A stretch of 63,999 bases of DNA, filler included, from a bacterium (GTDB lineage Bacteria > UBA9089 > CG2-30-40-21 > SBAY01), in assembly GCA_040757115.1 (NCBI GenBank). It is 17 parts of 17 records of this genome, joined end to end, with 100 filler letters (N's around TTAATTAATTAA, not from the genome) between each part and the next. Parts side by side here need not be neighbours in the genome. Positions count along the whole stretch, not along the records: positions 8,003 to 11,866 come from JBFLYA010000311.1; positions 11,967 to 15,801 come from JBFLYA010000312.1; positions 15,902 to 19,724 come from JBFLYA010000313.1; 14 more parts are not named here. One strand, given 5' to 3'. Below, piece after piece: positions 9,062-18,076 of the stretch (position 1 is its first letter; the number at the start of each line of letters is the position of its first letter). The notes below the pieces were generated by a model that saw nothing but the letters and a program-made list of their open reading frames with translations, ran no database searches and was not told the DNA's origin. Both the position numbers and the translations under genes were made by a program.

Positions 9062-9589
9062 ATGTTTAACGAATTTTTCGCTATGGTGAAAAAATTACTC
9101 TTACTCTCGCTTATTTTTGGTCTCAGTAGCTGTGCTCATACCCCAATACGGACTCTACCAGAACATATTACTTCTATTTCTATCCCTATCTTTACTAATC
9201 AAACATTTCAATATGGGTTAGAAGAGATTATCACGAATATGGTCATAGAGGAATTTATCCGTGATGGTAGATTAAATGTTGTGGATAAAAAATTGGCTCA
9301 GGCTGAATTAAAAGGGGAAATTAACCACTTCGAGAGAATCCCTTTTTCCTACGACAAAGAAGGTAATATTGCTAAATACAAGATAACTATTGAGGTAAGT
9401 TTTGGACTTACGGACTTAACTGAGAATAAACCTTTGTGGGATGAAGAATGGGAGGAAACAATATTGTATATTCCGTCCACTTCACCTTATGAACCAGGGG
9501 ATTTTGACATTACCTCTGAACAGGAGGCAATTTATAAAGCCCTTTCAAAAATCGCATATTATCTCGTGAGCATAACAATTAAAAGATAA
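9062..9589 (+). CDS. lptE: LptE-like lipoprotein
   Basis: Lipobox LSSC, IPIFTNQTFQYGLE motif, and the usual position upstream of holA. Confidence 0.7.
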   Translation: MFNEFFAMVKKLLLLSLIFGLSSCAHTPIRTLPEHITSISIPIFTNQTFQYGLEEIITNMVIEEFIRDGRLNVVDKKLAQAELKGEINHFERIPFSYDKEGNIAKYKITIEVSFGLTDLTENKPLWDEEWEETILYIPSTSPYEPGDFDITSEQEAIYKALSKIAYYLVSITIKR

Positions 9590-9626
9590 GTAATGCTGAA
9601 CGGGGACGATAAAATGGTAAACTTAA

Positions 9627-10655
9627 ATGAATTCTGAAGAATATCGACCAATAAATTATCAAACTATTCTTGTATGGCTTAATCAAAGAAAGATAGCCCA
9701 AACCTACCTATTTTTAGGAGAAGAGGAATATCAAAAAGAAGAAATCATCGCGCGATTAAAAAAGATTACTTTTCCTACACCAGAATCTATGGAATTTAAC
9801 TATGATATTTTTTATGGAGACCAAACAGATGCCTCAACTATCATTGGTGTAGCCAACAGTTTCCCAATGTTGCATAATTGGCGGATGATTGTGGTGAAAA
9901 ATGTTGATTCTTTATCTAGCCAGGGTAAGAACTTACTGGCTACTTATGCGGAAAATCCAGCCCCTTTTACGCGACTTATCCTTTTAGCCAATGAATTGCA
10001 ACCCCAACATTCACTTTACAAAACAGTGGTTAACAAAGGCACAATCGTTGTTTTCTATCCGCTCTTTGATAATCAAGCCCTAACATGGATTCAATCACAA
10101 ACTTACCAGCGAGGGAAAAAGACAATTTCTACTCAAGCCGCTAACTTACTTATCCAACGAGCTGGCACTAATCTTAATATTTTAAATACAGAATTGGATA
10201 AATTACTTCTTTATGTCGGAAATAAACCAACAATTGAAGAGAATGATATTCTGAAGGCATCTTTAGGCTTTCATGAGGAAAATGTCTTTTCTTTAATAAA
10301 TGCTATTGGCTATCGAAAAAAGGCTCAATCATTAGCGATTTTCAAACAACTCTGCAATCAGGGGGAGGAACTTTTACCTATTTTGTATCTGATTACAAGG
10401 CATTTCAGACTTCTCTGGCAGGCAAAAGAGCTTCAAGAACAGGGTAAAATCCTGACACAAATAGCCCAAATTTTGAATATAAAGTTCAAAAAACAACAAA
10501 CCGCTATCTGGGAACAGATAAAATTATTCTCATATGAAGAATTAAGACAGATATTCGAATTACTCCTCCAAACTGATTTAAGCCTTAAATCCTGCGATTA
10601 CAGAACCCATCCATTAGTTATAGAATTACTTATTTTTAAAACCTGTAAAGGTTAA
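9627..10655 (+). CDS. holA: DNA polymerase III delta subunit
   Basis: YLFLGEEEY, NTELDKLLLY, D-x-x-LKS near the C-terminus; 342 aa. Confidence 0.9.
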   Translation: MNSEEYRPINYQTILVWLNQRKIAQTYLFLGEEEYQKEEIIARLKKITFPTPESMEFNYDIFYGDQTDASTIIGVANSFPMLHNWRMIVVKNVDSLSSQGKNLLATYAENPAPFTRLILLANELQPQHSLYKTVVNKGTIVVFYPLFDNQALTWIQSQTYQRGKKTISTQAANLLIQRAGTNLNILNTELDKLLLYVGNKPTIEENDILKASLGFHEENVFSLINAIGYRKKAQSLAIFKQLCNQGEELLPILYLITRHFRLLWQAKELQEQGKILTQIAQILNIKFKKQQTAIWEQIKLFSYEELRQIFELLLQTDLSLKSCDYRTHPLVIELLIFKTCKG

Positions 10656-10656
10656 A

Positions 10657-10896
10657 GTAACCCTTCAGGATATAGCCACAGAGTCACAGAGAACACAGAG
10701 GGAATATATAACTACGAATGAACACAAATACAAAAAAATTTGTAGTACGAGGCTTTAGCCTCGCTTCTGGCAAGCCAAAAGGCGAACCTAAAGATTCGCA
10801 CTACATTTATGGGATGTCAGAGGTTAATTCGTGTGCATTTGTGGTTAATTTCCTTAATTCTCTGTGAACTCTGTGCCTCTGTGGCTGAACGCTTAC
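10657..10896. mobile_element. GTAA-ended element with concentric palindromic layers and a nested REP doublet (partial copies 4130-4234, 8276-8435, 19531-19640)
   Basis: GTAACCCTTCAG ... CTGAACGCTTAC ends; inner GCCACAGAG/CTCTGTGGC and ACGAAT/ATTCGT pairs. Confidence 0.7.
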
Positions 10897-10905
10897 GATT
10901 TTTAA

Positions 10906-10934
10906 TTGACATAATAGATATTTTATGGTATATT
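10906..10934 (+). promoter_or_regulatory. Sigma70-type promoter for the JAB gene
   Basis: TTGACA-N17-TATATT with an extended -10 TG. Confidence 0.6.
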
Positions 10935-10949
10935 TTTATAAGAAAGAAA

Positions 10950-11615
10950 ATGGTAATGGATTTAGATATAAAATTAAAACCATATTATGATTTTGTGCCA
11001 AAAGAAGGTGTTATGCCCCTTAACCAGGGGAACAAATATGCAATTTTACCCTGGGGTGATGTTGAAAATGCCAAATTAGCCGTTTTTATAGACGCGATGA
11101 CCTTCCTTGATGTCCGAAAGCATGCCCAAAAAAGGATTGACCGAGAGGTAGGGGGATTCCTTATTGGAGATGCCCTGCAGGAAAAAGGAGCCCTTTTTAT
11201 TCAGATAACTCATCTGATGATGGTTCAGGAAATTCAACATAAAAGTGGTGAGTTTATTTTTACTCATGAGGTCTGGAAGACCATTGATAGTTTAATGTCA
11301 GAACGCTATCATGATAAGCAATTGTTAGGTTGGTATCACACCCATCCGGGGATTGGGCTATTTTTATCTCCAGAGGATAAGTTTATCCAGAATAACTTTT
11401 TCAATCACCCCTGGCAGGTAACATTGGTCCTGGACCCATTGACTAAATATCAAGTGTTTTATTATAGCCAGAAAACAAAATTAGTCAATGTTGGTTTCTA
11501 TATTTATACAGATAAGAAAAATAAAGAGATTTTAGTGCGTTTAATGCGAGAACTTGAAATTGGTGAAAAACGAGAAAAATGTGGTCGTTACCGTGCCCAC
11601 CACATACTGACTTAA
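10950..11615 (+). CDS. Mov34/MPN/JAB (JAMM) metallo-isopeptidase-like protein
   Basis: REVGGFLIG ... GWYHTHPGIGLFLSPED; the ORF-track N-terminus lies in repeat DNA, so the start was moved to 10950. Confidence 0.85.
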   Translation: MVMDLDIKLKPYYDFVPKEGVMPLNQGNKYAILPWGDVENAKLAVFIDAMTFLDVRKHAQKRIDREVGGFLIGDALQEKGALFIQITHLMMVQEIQHKSGEFIFTHEVWKTIDSLMSERYHDKQLLGWYHTHPGIGLFLSPEDKFIQNNFFNHPWQVTLVLDPLTKYQVFYYSQKTKLVNVGFYIYTDKKNKEILVRLMRELEIGEKREKCGRYRAHHILT

Positions 11616-12129
11616 TATAGACATCTTTCAGCCTTCAGGAGACAGAAGATATAGCAGTTATTAGTCAAAATTTTACTCAGGGTGGATAAGTAAAAAATCC
11701 AAAATCCCAAGCACCAAATCTCAAATAAGCACCAAATTCCAGTAACCGTTCAGGCTATATATCAAAAGTGTAAGAAAGGGGATAAGGAGATAAGAGTGAT
11801 ATGGAGATAAGATAATAGAAATAGATTGAAATTTATAGAAATAGGTAGAAATTGATTGTGGAAAACNNNNNNNNNNNNNNNNNNNNNNNNNNNNNNNNNN
11901 NNNNNNNNNNTTAATTAATTAANNNNNNNNNNNNNNNNNNNNNNNNNNNNNNNNNNNNNNNNNNNNTAAAAAATTCACTTGTATCCGAACATACTATTTT
12001 TGTGCCTTTTTAGGGATATAAGTCAAGAAAAATATTTTTAAAAAAACTTAATTTTTTACTTGACATTTCACCATAAGACTTTGTGAGCCGCAGACTCATG
12101 CCCGTTTCTCTTAACCTCAACCTTCTCCT

Positions 12130-12600
12130 TTATAACCCCAATATCTTTAAAATCTCCTCTATGATATCTTTCTTAACAACCATTCCAATAACCTGGTTTT
12201 CTTCTACCACCGGGATGCTCTGGATACCGTATTCAACCATAAGAGACACGGCTTCATTTATTGTATCTTCAGGAGAGAGAGTTATCGGGCTGGTACTCAT
12301 TATTGCCCGTATAGAAGGGATGCCCAAAAAAGCCTCTGTCTCTAACATCCTTGTTCCGGACAGTCCATGAAATAAGATTAATTTAAGCAAATCTGTTTGT
12401 GAAACAATCCCAATTATTTCATTCTTTTCATCTAAAACCGGGAAGGCGACATAATCATACATCTCAACATTGGTCACAAACTCAAGAAAATTACTATCCT
12501 CTTTCACCGTCACGACATCTTTGCTCATTATCTCTTTAACCTTCCTCTTACCTAATTCTCCACATTTTTCTACCAGTTCATTCAAATTTACTTCATTCAT
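12130..12600 (-). CDS. CBS-pair protein
   Basis: Two CBS repeats (VKEIMSKDVVTV...FPVLD...GIVSQTDL; IMSTSPITL...IPVVE...GMV). Confidence 0.9.
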   Translation of the reverse strand: MNEVNLNELVEKCGELGKRKVKEIMSKDVVTVKEDSNFLEFVTNVEMYDYVAFPVLDEKNEIIGIVSQTDLLKLILFHGLSGTRMLETEAFLGIPSIRAIMSTSPITLSPEDTINEAVSLMVEYGIQSIPVVEENQVIGMVVKKDIIEEILKILGL

Positions 12601-13253
12601 TTTAAATCACGCTCCTTTAATTTGTAACTACTTCGCCATCTGAAGTGAAACAACAGACAATGGTTGTCAGATTCAAGGTTCAAGGAGTAAGGGAGAAAAT
12701 ACGCTCCCTTGTTCCTTGAACCTACTGTCTTACAAATAGTTACCGTCAGCGTTCATCTATCAGATTTTAAGAAAATTATACCTTCTCCGAAAGAAGACAA
12801 GTAGAATCATAACTTTGCTGATACCTTGATTTTCCTAATCTTGCTGACCGCTGAACGTTTACTAATTACCTTTATTCACAATCACCTAACGACAGACCGT
12901 GTAAAAACTCCAGTATCATTATAACATTTATGGTATAAATTTTCAACAGAAAATTTTGTTGACAGGATGACCGAGAATTACAGAGAAGCAAAAATTTTCA
13001 TCTAAATTTACTTAAGCGTTCAGCCATCAGTTGTCAGCATTCAGTTTTTGAATGAACACCGTTAACATAGGTTTAATTTCGGTTACTTCACCCATACTTT
13101 TATCTGATTTTTCCTGTTCTCAGTTCGCTTTTTTAGCTAAAAGATAGCTAAATGCTGACAACTGATGGTTGACTGCTGAACGCTTACGATATTTTTAAAA
13201 AATTCTCGGTCAGCCTCTTGACAAATTAGTTTATTTATGTTACCTTATATTTG

Positions 13254-13553
13254 CTGGAGTTTCGTTAATTTAAGGAGCCATTGAGGCTATCTGAATCCTT
13301 ATCAATCTGTTTATTTTGCTCAAAGATGGCAAAATTAGGCTCAAAAGCCTGATGATTTTTTTGCAACTTATCCTTTGAAGTTGAGTTGATAAAAAATGCT
13401 TCACCTATTTTCTTCCCTTTGTGTCCTTTGCGTTAGTACTTTGTGCCCTTTGTGGTTTATCCTTTTTTAACCGCAAAGAACGCAAAGAAATCGACCGCAA
13501 AGAACGCAAAGATTAAAGGAGAAAGGAATCATAGAAAATTCACGAAACTCCAG
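13254..13553. mobile_element. 300-bp MITE with CTGGAGTTTCGT terminal inverted repeats (second copy, inverted, 61928-62227)
   Basis: The two copies are near-identical; the 61928 copy has a 5-bp CGGTT direct repeat. Confidence 0.85.
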
Positions 13554-13915
13554 TTGAGTACAACAACATTAAATTGATTAACAAATCTGTCTTCTCTATT
13601 CCTCTGCATCTCTGCAGTGAATTACTATCTGAATGGTTATGATAATTAGAATTGCTGGGAGGTCGCAAAAGTTTGTTGACAAAACGGCGAAATTTTGTTA
13701 GAGTATAACACTGGGTAATTATTTACCCAGGTGAAGTGAAACAGGTAGGCTCAAAGAGCAAGGAAGATTATTTTCTACCTTGCTCCTTGAACCTAACAAT
13801 CATTACCTGTTGTTTCACCTGAAAATAAGGAAGTAGAAAGTAGAGAGTAGAAAGTAAAGAAAACATCACTCCTCACGCCTATCTCCTTACCTCCTACCTT
13901 CTATCTCCTACCACT

Positions 13916-13969
13916 ATTTTCATCCTCCTTTGTGTCCACCCTGTGGACATGGTCGTTTCACCTGAAAAT
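13916..13969 (-). repeat. ~52-nt structured site ATTTTCAGG(A/T)GAAACG..CATG-hairpin-CACAAA..ATGAAAAT (copies at 12079, 14367, 14781, 15675, 21831, 23452, 23603, 31670, 35466, 49480)
   Basis: Conserved frame with a covarying inner stem in about 11 full or partial copies. Confidence 0.8.
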
Positions 13970-14072
13970 AGACTACAGACCATAGACCATAGACTATAGA
14001 CCAAGGAACCGATGAAAAGCAAGTTTATTTCCCCTTAACAAAGGGGGTGAGGGGGTTGTATTCCCCTCTTGA

Positions 14073-14286
14073 GACTTATCGTTACCCACAAGTCCAAATA
14101 TAGTTAATTGACAATTATCAATTAGCCATTATCAATTCACAATTAATATTTGATGTTGACAAAATTAACAAATAATGGTCAATTGTAAATTGTCAATTGT
14201 TAATTATTGGGGGCTACATATCTCTGTTATTTCGCAGTACTTCCCCTCAAAAATCTTCCCTCTCAAAATGTGGGTAACGATAAGTC
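14073..14286. mobile_element. MITE with GACTTATCGTTACCCACA TIRs inserted in a CCCCTCTTGAGAGGGG hairpin (partial inverted copy about 32010-32147)
   Basis: Perfect 18-bp TIR, TTGA duplicated on both sides, internal ACAATTG-type heptamers. Confidence 0.8.
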
Positions 14287-14560
14287 TTGAGAGGGGCGTA
14301 GAGGTGTGTTATATTTCACCTGAAAATGTTCATAAGTTGTTGTAATTGTTTGATTTACAAAACTACATTTTCATCGTCATTTGTGCCCTGCAAGGGCATA
14401 AGCGTTTCACCTGAAAATATCCGCAGATTTCGCAGAGGACACAGATTTTTAATTTTTTATCTCCCCCACTGAAAATAAGTGTCAGTGATTAGTCTCAGTG
14501 TCAGTTAAGGAATTCAATCTTTCTTCACTGACACTGATACTGTTCACTAACACTGGATGT

Positions 14561-14781
14561 TATAGTAGTTATTAGTCAAATTTTTACTCAGAGTGGATAA
14601 GGAAAAAATCCCAAATCCCAAGCACCAAATCTCAAATAAGCACCAAATTTCAAGTAATAAATACCAAACTATGGGGGTAATGTTTTGAATTTTGGTCATT
14701 CGAATTTGTTTGGAATTTGGAATTTGTGATTTGGAATTTCAGAGCCATATCTATGTCAAATTTCGATTAATAAGTGCTATA
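14561..14781. mobile_element. TATAGC-ended MITE filled with CAAATTC/GGAATTT heptamers (copies at 11650, 38845, 54816-55064)
   Basis: Imperfect ~24-bp TIR TATAG(C/T)AGTTATTAGTCAAA / TTTCGATTAATAAGTGCTATA; TA termini as in IS630-type insertions. Confidence 0.75.
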
Positions 14782-14864
14782 TTTTCATCTCCCTTTGTGT
14801 CCCGCAGGGACATGCGGGTTTCACCATAAATGGCTGAATAGTGATAATAGTGGAGGTGAGATGA

Positions 14865-15413
14865 ATGACGCAAAAGCAAATTAATAACTCAATACTTACT
14901 TTAGTTCAAGGGGATATTACTCAGGAGACAACAGATGTCATTGTTAATGCGGCTAACCCGGGCTTAATGGGGGGCGGTGGTGTTGATGGTGCTATTCATC
15001 GTGTCGGGGGAAGTGCTATCCTTGAGGAATGTAAGAAGATTCGCTCTGCACAGGGACTTCTGCCTACAGGTAAGGCAGTGATTACTACGGCAGGTAATCT
15101 CACCGTTAAATATGTTATTCATACGGTTGGACCTATCTGGCAGGGTGGTAGTCAAGGAGAACCAGAATTACTCCGTAGTTGTTATCTTGAAAGCCTGAAG
15201 GTCGCAGTGGCAAATAACTGTTCTTCGATTGCATTTCCATCTATCAGCACCGGCGTCTATGGTTATCCGGTAGAAAAAGCCGCACCCATTGCCCTTAAGG
15301 CGGTCATTGATTTCCTGAAAGCGAATACCTCCATTAGGGAAGTTCGATTTGTGTTATTTGATTCACGGACATTCAATACTTATCTCGAGGCACTCGTGCC
15401 TTTTCAAGAATAA
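14865..15413 (+). CDS. Macro-domain O-acetyl-ADP-ribose deacetylase (YmdB-like)
   Basis: GDIT, VNAANPGLMGGGGVDGAIH, AFPSISTGVYGYP motifs. Confidence 0.93.
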   Translation: MTQKQINNSILTLVQGDITQETTDVIVNAANPGLMGGGGVDGAIHRVGGSAILEECKKIRSAQGLLPTGKAVITTAGNLTVKYVIHTVGPIWQGGSQGEPELLRSCYLESLKVAVANNCSSIAFPSISTGVYGYPVEKAAPIALKAVIDFLKANTSIREVRFVLFDSRTFNTYLEALVPFQE

Positions 15414-15901
15414 TTGTAAAATCCTTTACCGCAGAGACGCAGAGAAACAGAGAAGAAAATATCTTTTTTTCGTGTTTTTCGGTATTTAAAAGGGCTTAAA
15501 AACAGTTAGTCGAAAGTAAGTATTAAAAGATTGATAAACAACGAAAGACTCGAAATGCACAAAAAAAGGGAATTTCTCTCTCTGGTGAATAGATTTTAAT
15601 TTTTTCTCTGCGTCTCTGTGGCATCTTGCGGTGAACGGTTACAAGAATTCCCGAATCCCGAAATCCGAACCCCGATTTTTAGGAGAAACGGTCATGAGTC
15701 TGCGACTCACAAAGTCTTATGGTGAAATGTCAAGTAAAAAATTAAGTTTTTTTAAAAATATTTTTCTTGACTTATATCCCTAAAAAGGCACAAAAATAGT
15801 ANNNNNNNNNNNNNNNNNNNNNNNNNNNNNNNNNNNNNNNNNNNNTTAATTAATTAANNNNNNNNNNNNNNNNNNNNNNNNNNNNNNNNNNNNNNNNNNN
15901 N

Positions 15902-15993
15902 AATTTGGAATTTCTATCTAATCTGTCCACTAAAAGATGTGGGTAATGATTAGGCCAAGGGGGGACATCAATTGAGTAGCGACAGAGCACTAG
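15902..15993. repeat. End of a repeated element terminating GTAGCGACAGAGCACTAG (copies 27600-27734, 57937-58138)
   Basis: About 85 bp near-identical in three contigs, preceded by GGAATTT heptamers. Confidence 0.75.
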
Positions 15994-16115
15994 CCACGAC
16001 TCACTACTAATAGAGACTGGGAGGGGATAAGGAGATGGCGAGAAGTGAGTAACCAGTAGTAAGGGAAATATATATTTCCCTATATACTCGTTACTCACTA
16101 CTCGCTACTAAAAGA

Positions 16116-16994
16116 GTGAATACTCATATCCCTGTATTATTAAATGAGATATTAGAATATCTACAAATTAAGCCTGATGGTATTTATATCGATTGCACCT
16201 TAGGTGAAGGAGGACACTCAGAGGCGATTTTACAAAAGGGTGGTCAGATTATAGGTATTGAGCAGGATGGGGAGATTCTGGAGATAGCTAAGAAGAGATT
16301 AGGTCCGAAGAATATTATTTTTGTTCACGATAATTTTAAAAACATAAAAGAGATTTTAGCCAGTTCCATTTTAATAAAGGGGAGAGCTTCTGCCTCTATT
16401 GATTCTGTTAATGGTATTTTATATGATTTAGGTGTAAGTTCAGTTCATTTTGAGTCAAAAACACGCGGGTTTAGTTTTAGATTTGATGCAGATTTAGATA
16501 TGCGGTTAGATTTAAGAAATAAGGTTACGGCTAAAGATTTAGTTAATTCCCTGTCGGTAAACCAATTAAAAGAGATTATATTAAAATATGGTGAGGAACA
16601 TCGGGCAGAGAAAATAGCTCAGGCAATTGTTAAAAACAGACCAATCCACACAACATTTGAACTAATCAAGGTCATTGAACCGATTATCGGATATAAAAAG
16701 ATTCATCCAGCAACAAAGGTATTTCAAGCATTAAGAATAGCGGTTAATCAGGAATTAGATGTCCTGGATGAATCATTAGATAAGGCGATATTATTATTAA
16801 AAACAGGCGGAAGGCTTTTAGTTATTTCATTTCATTCACTTGAAGACCGTCTTGTGAAACACAAATTTCGTAAATGGGCAAAGGAAGGATTAGCTAAAAT
16901 TATAACTAAAAGTCCAATTAGACCAACTTACGAGGAGAGAAAAGTTAATCCGCGAGCAAGAAGTGCAAAATTCAGGGTAATCGAAAAAACTTAG
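16116..16994 (+). CDS. rsmH: 16S rRNA m4C1402 methyltransferase
   Basis: HIPVLLNE, DCTLGEGGHS, DLGVSS, SFHSLEDR, NPRARSAK. Confidence 0.97.
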   Translation: MNTHIPVLLNEILEYLQIKPDGIYIDCTLGEGGHSEAILQKGGQIIGIEQDGEILEIAKKRLGPKNIIFVHDNFKNIKEILASSILIKGRASASIDSVNGILYDLGVSSVHFESKTRGFSFRFDADLDMRLDLRNKVTAKDLVNSLSVNQLKEIILKYGEEHRAEKIAQAIVKNRPIHTTFELIKVIEPIIGYKKIHPATKVFQALRIAVNQELDVLDESLDKAILLLKTGGRLLVISFHSLEDRLVKHKFRKWAKEGLAKIITKSPIRPTYEERKVNPRARSAKFRVIEKT

Positions 16995-17117
16995 TCTTTA
17001 GTTATACACCATTTATGTCGATATTAAAATTAAGGACGATAAAAGCAAGTAATCGGTTAATTGGTAACTAATTACCAGTTACCAATTACCAGTTACCAAA
17101 AAAAGGGAGGGAAAAAA

Positions 17118-17576
17118 ATGACTGAAATTGCAATAACCTATTGGCATATGTTTCAGAAGAAGGGGGATAAATTGATAGTTCTACTTGGAAGGCATCGTAA
17201 AGCTGAAATAAAAAAAGTTGTCAGAAGTTATTTATCGACAATTATAGGAATATTTATAGTCGGATTTATGTGGGTATTTACCCAAATTCATATTACCTCA
17301 ATGGGTTATACCATATCTCTGCTTCAAAATAAAGTGCATCAATTAGAGAATTTCCAGAGGATGCTTTTAGTCGATATTGCAAGTTTGCGTTCGCCGGACA
17401 GAATTGATAATATGGCAAGACAGATGGGATTAACTATCCCGGATGAGGTTAAAATTGTCTGTTTACCACAACCTCAGTATTTAGTTGAAAATAAACCGAT
17501 TAATCTTTTTAAATTCGGAATAAACTTTTTCAAACTTAACAAAGCCGAGGCGTGGAGTAAAGGGAGAGTGGAGTAA
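17118..17576 (+). CDS. ftsL: Cell division protein FtsL-like
   Basis: Single TM, coiled coil, LRSPDRIDNMARQMGL; follows rsmH; RBS GGGAGG. Confidence 0.75.
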   Translation: MTEIAITYWHMFQKKGDKLIVLLGRHRKAEIKKVVRSYLSTIIGIFIVGFMWVFTQIHITSMGYTISLLQNKVHQLENFQRMLLVDIASLRSPDRIDNMARQMGLTIPDEVKIVCLPQPQYLVENKPINLFKFGINFFKLNKAEAWSKGRVE

Positions 17577-17599
17577 TGTGAAGTATTGGTAAAAAATCT

Positions 17600-18057
17600 G
17601 GGGGTGTCTTAATCTAGCATAAAGGTTAAAATAGTGTATAGGGTTCTGCAAAATAGGATTTGAGGGAGACAACAAATAAATATCAAATATTAAATATCAA
17701 AATGCAAAATTACAAATCAAATTTCAAAGAGGAAGTAGCAGGGTTTCTCAAAGAGTTGGAGGAGTTTGGTAATATCTTTGCTTCAAGTATTTTAACGCTG
17801 AAAGGAAAGAGATAATTTTACTGAACTTTGGCAAAGATAGTTGATAGTTTATAGTTGATAGTTTATAGTTGAAGGACTATAAACTATACACTATACACTA
17901 TAAACCCTAAACTATAAACTATACACTATAAACTATAAACTATACACTATACACCCTAAACTATAAACGAGTTTTGCATTTTGCTCTTTGAAGGAAATCC
18001 CTTTTGGACACCAAATCTGCATAGATTTCACTATTAGAGTTATTTTCAGACACCACC
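17600..18057. mobile_element. Composite nested MITE with GG(T/G)GGTGTCT ends and 8-bp TSD AAAAATCT (left part repeated, inverted, at 54107-54233)
   Basis: Outer TIR plus TSD; contains a TAGGGTTCTGCAAAA element end at 17639, a four-helix-bundle minigene, and GATAGTT/ACTATA(A/C) heptamers. Confidence 0.8.
17702..17815 (+). pseudogene. Internally deleted four-helix-bundle (TIGR02436/23S-IVP-like) minigene (copies 20595-20708; shorter ones at 7816 and 41009)
   Basis: MQNYKSNFK fused to EEVAGFLKELEEFGNIFASSILTLKGKR, which resembles from memory the two termini of four-helix-bundle proteins. Confidence 0.65.
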
Positions 18058-18076
18058 AAAAATCTGGGGGGAATTA

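Noticed and set aside
17702-17815. Diversity-generating retroelement suggested by the bAvd-like fold
   Set aside because: No reverse transcriptase and no TR/VR pair with A-specific mismatches seen.
17836-17968. Regular repeats as a possible CRISPR array
   Set aside because: Tandem 7-mers with no unique spacers; no cas genes anywhere in the window.
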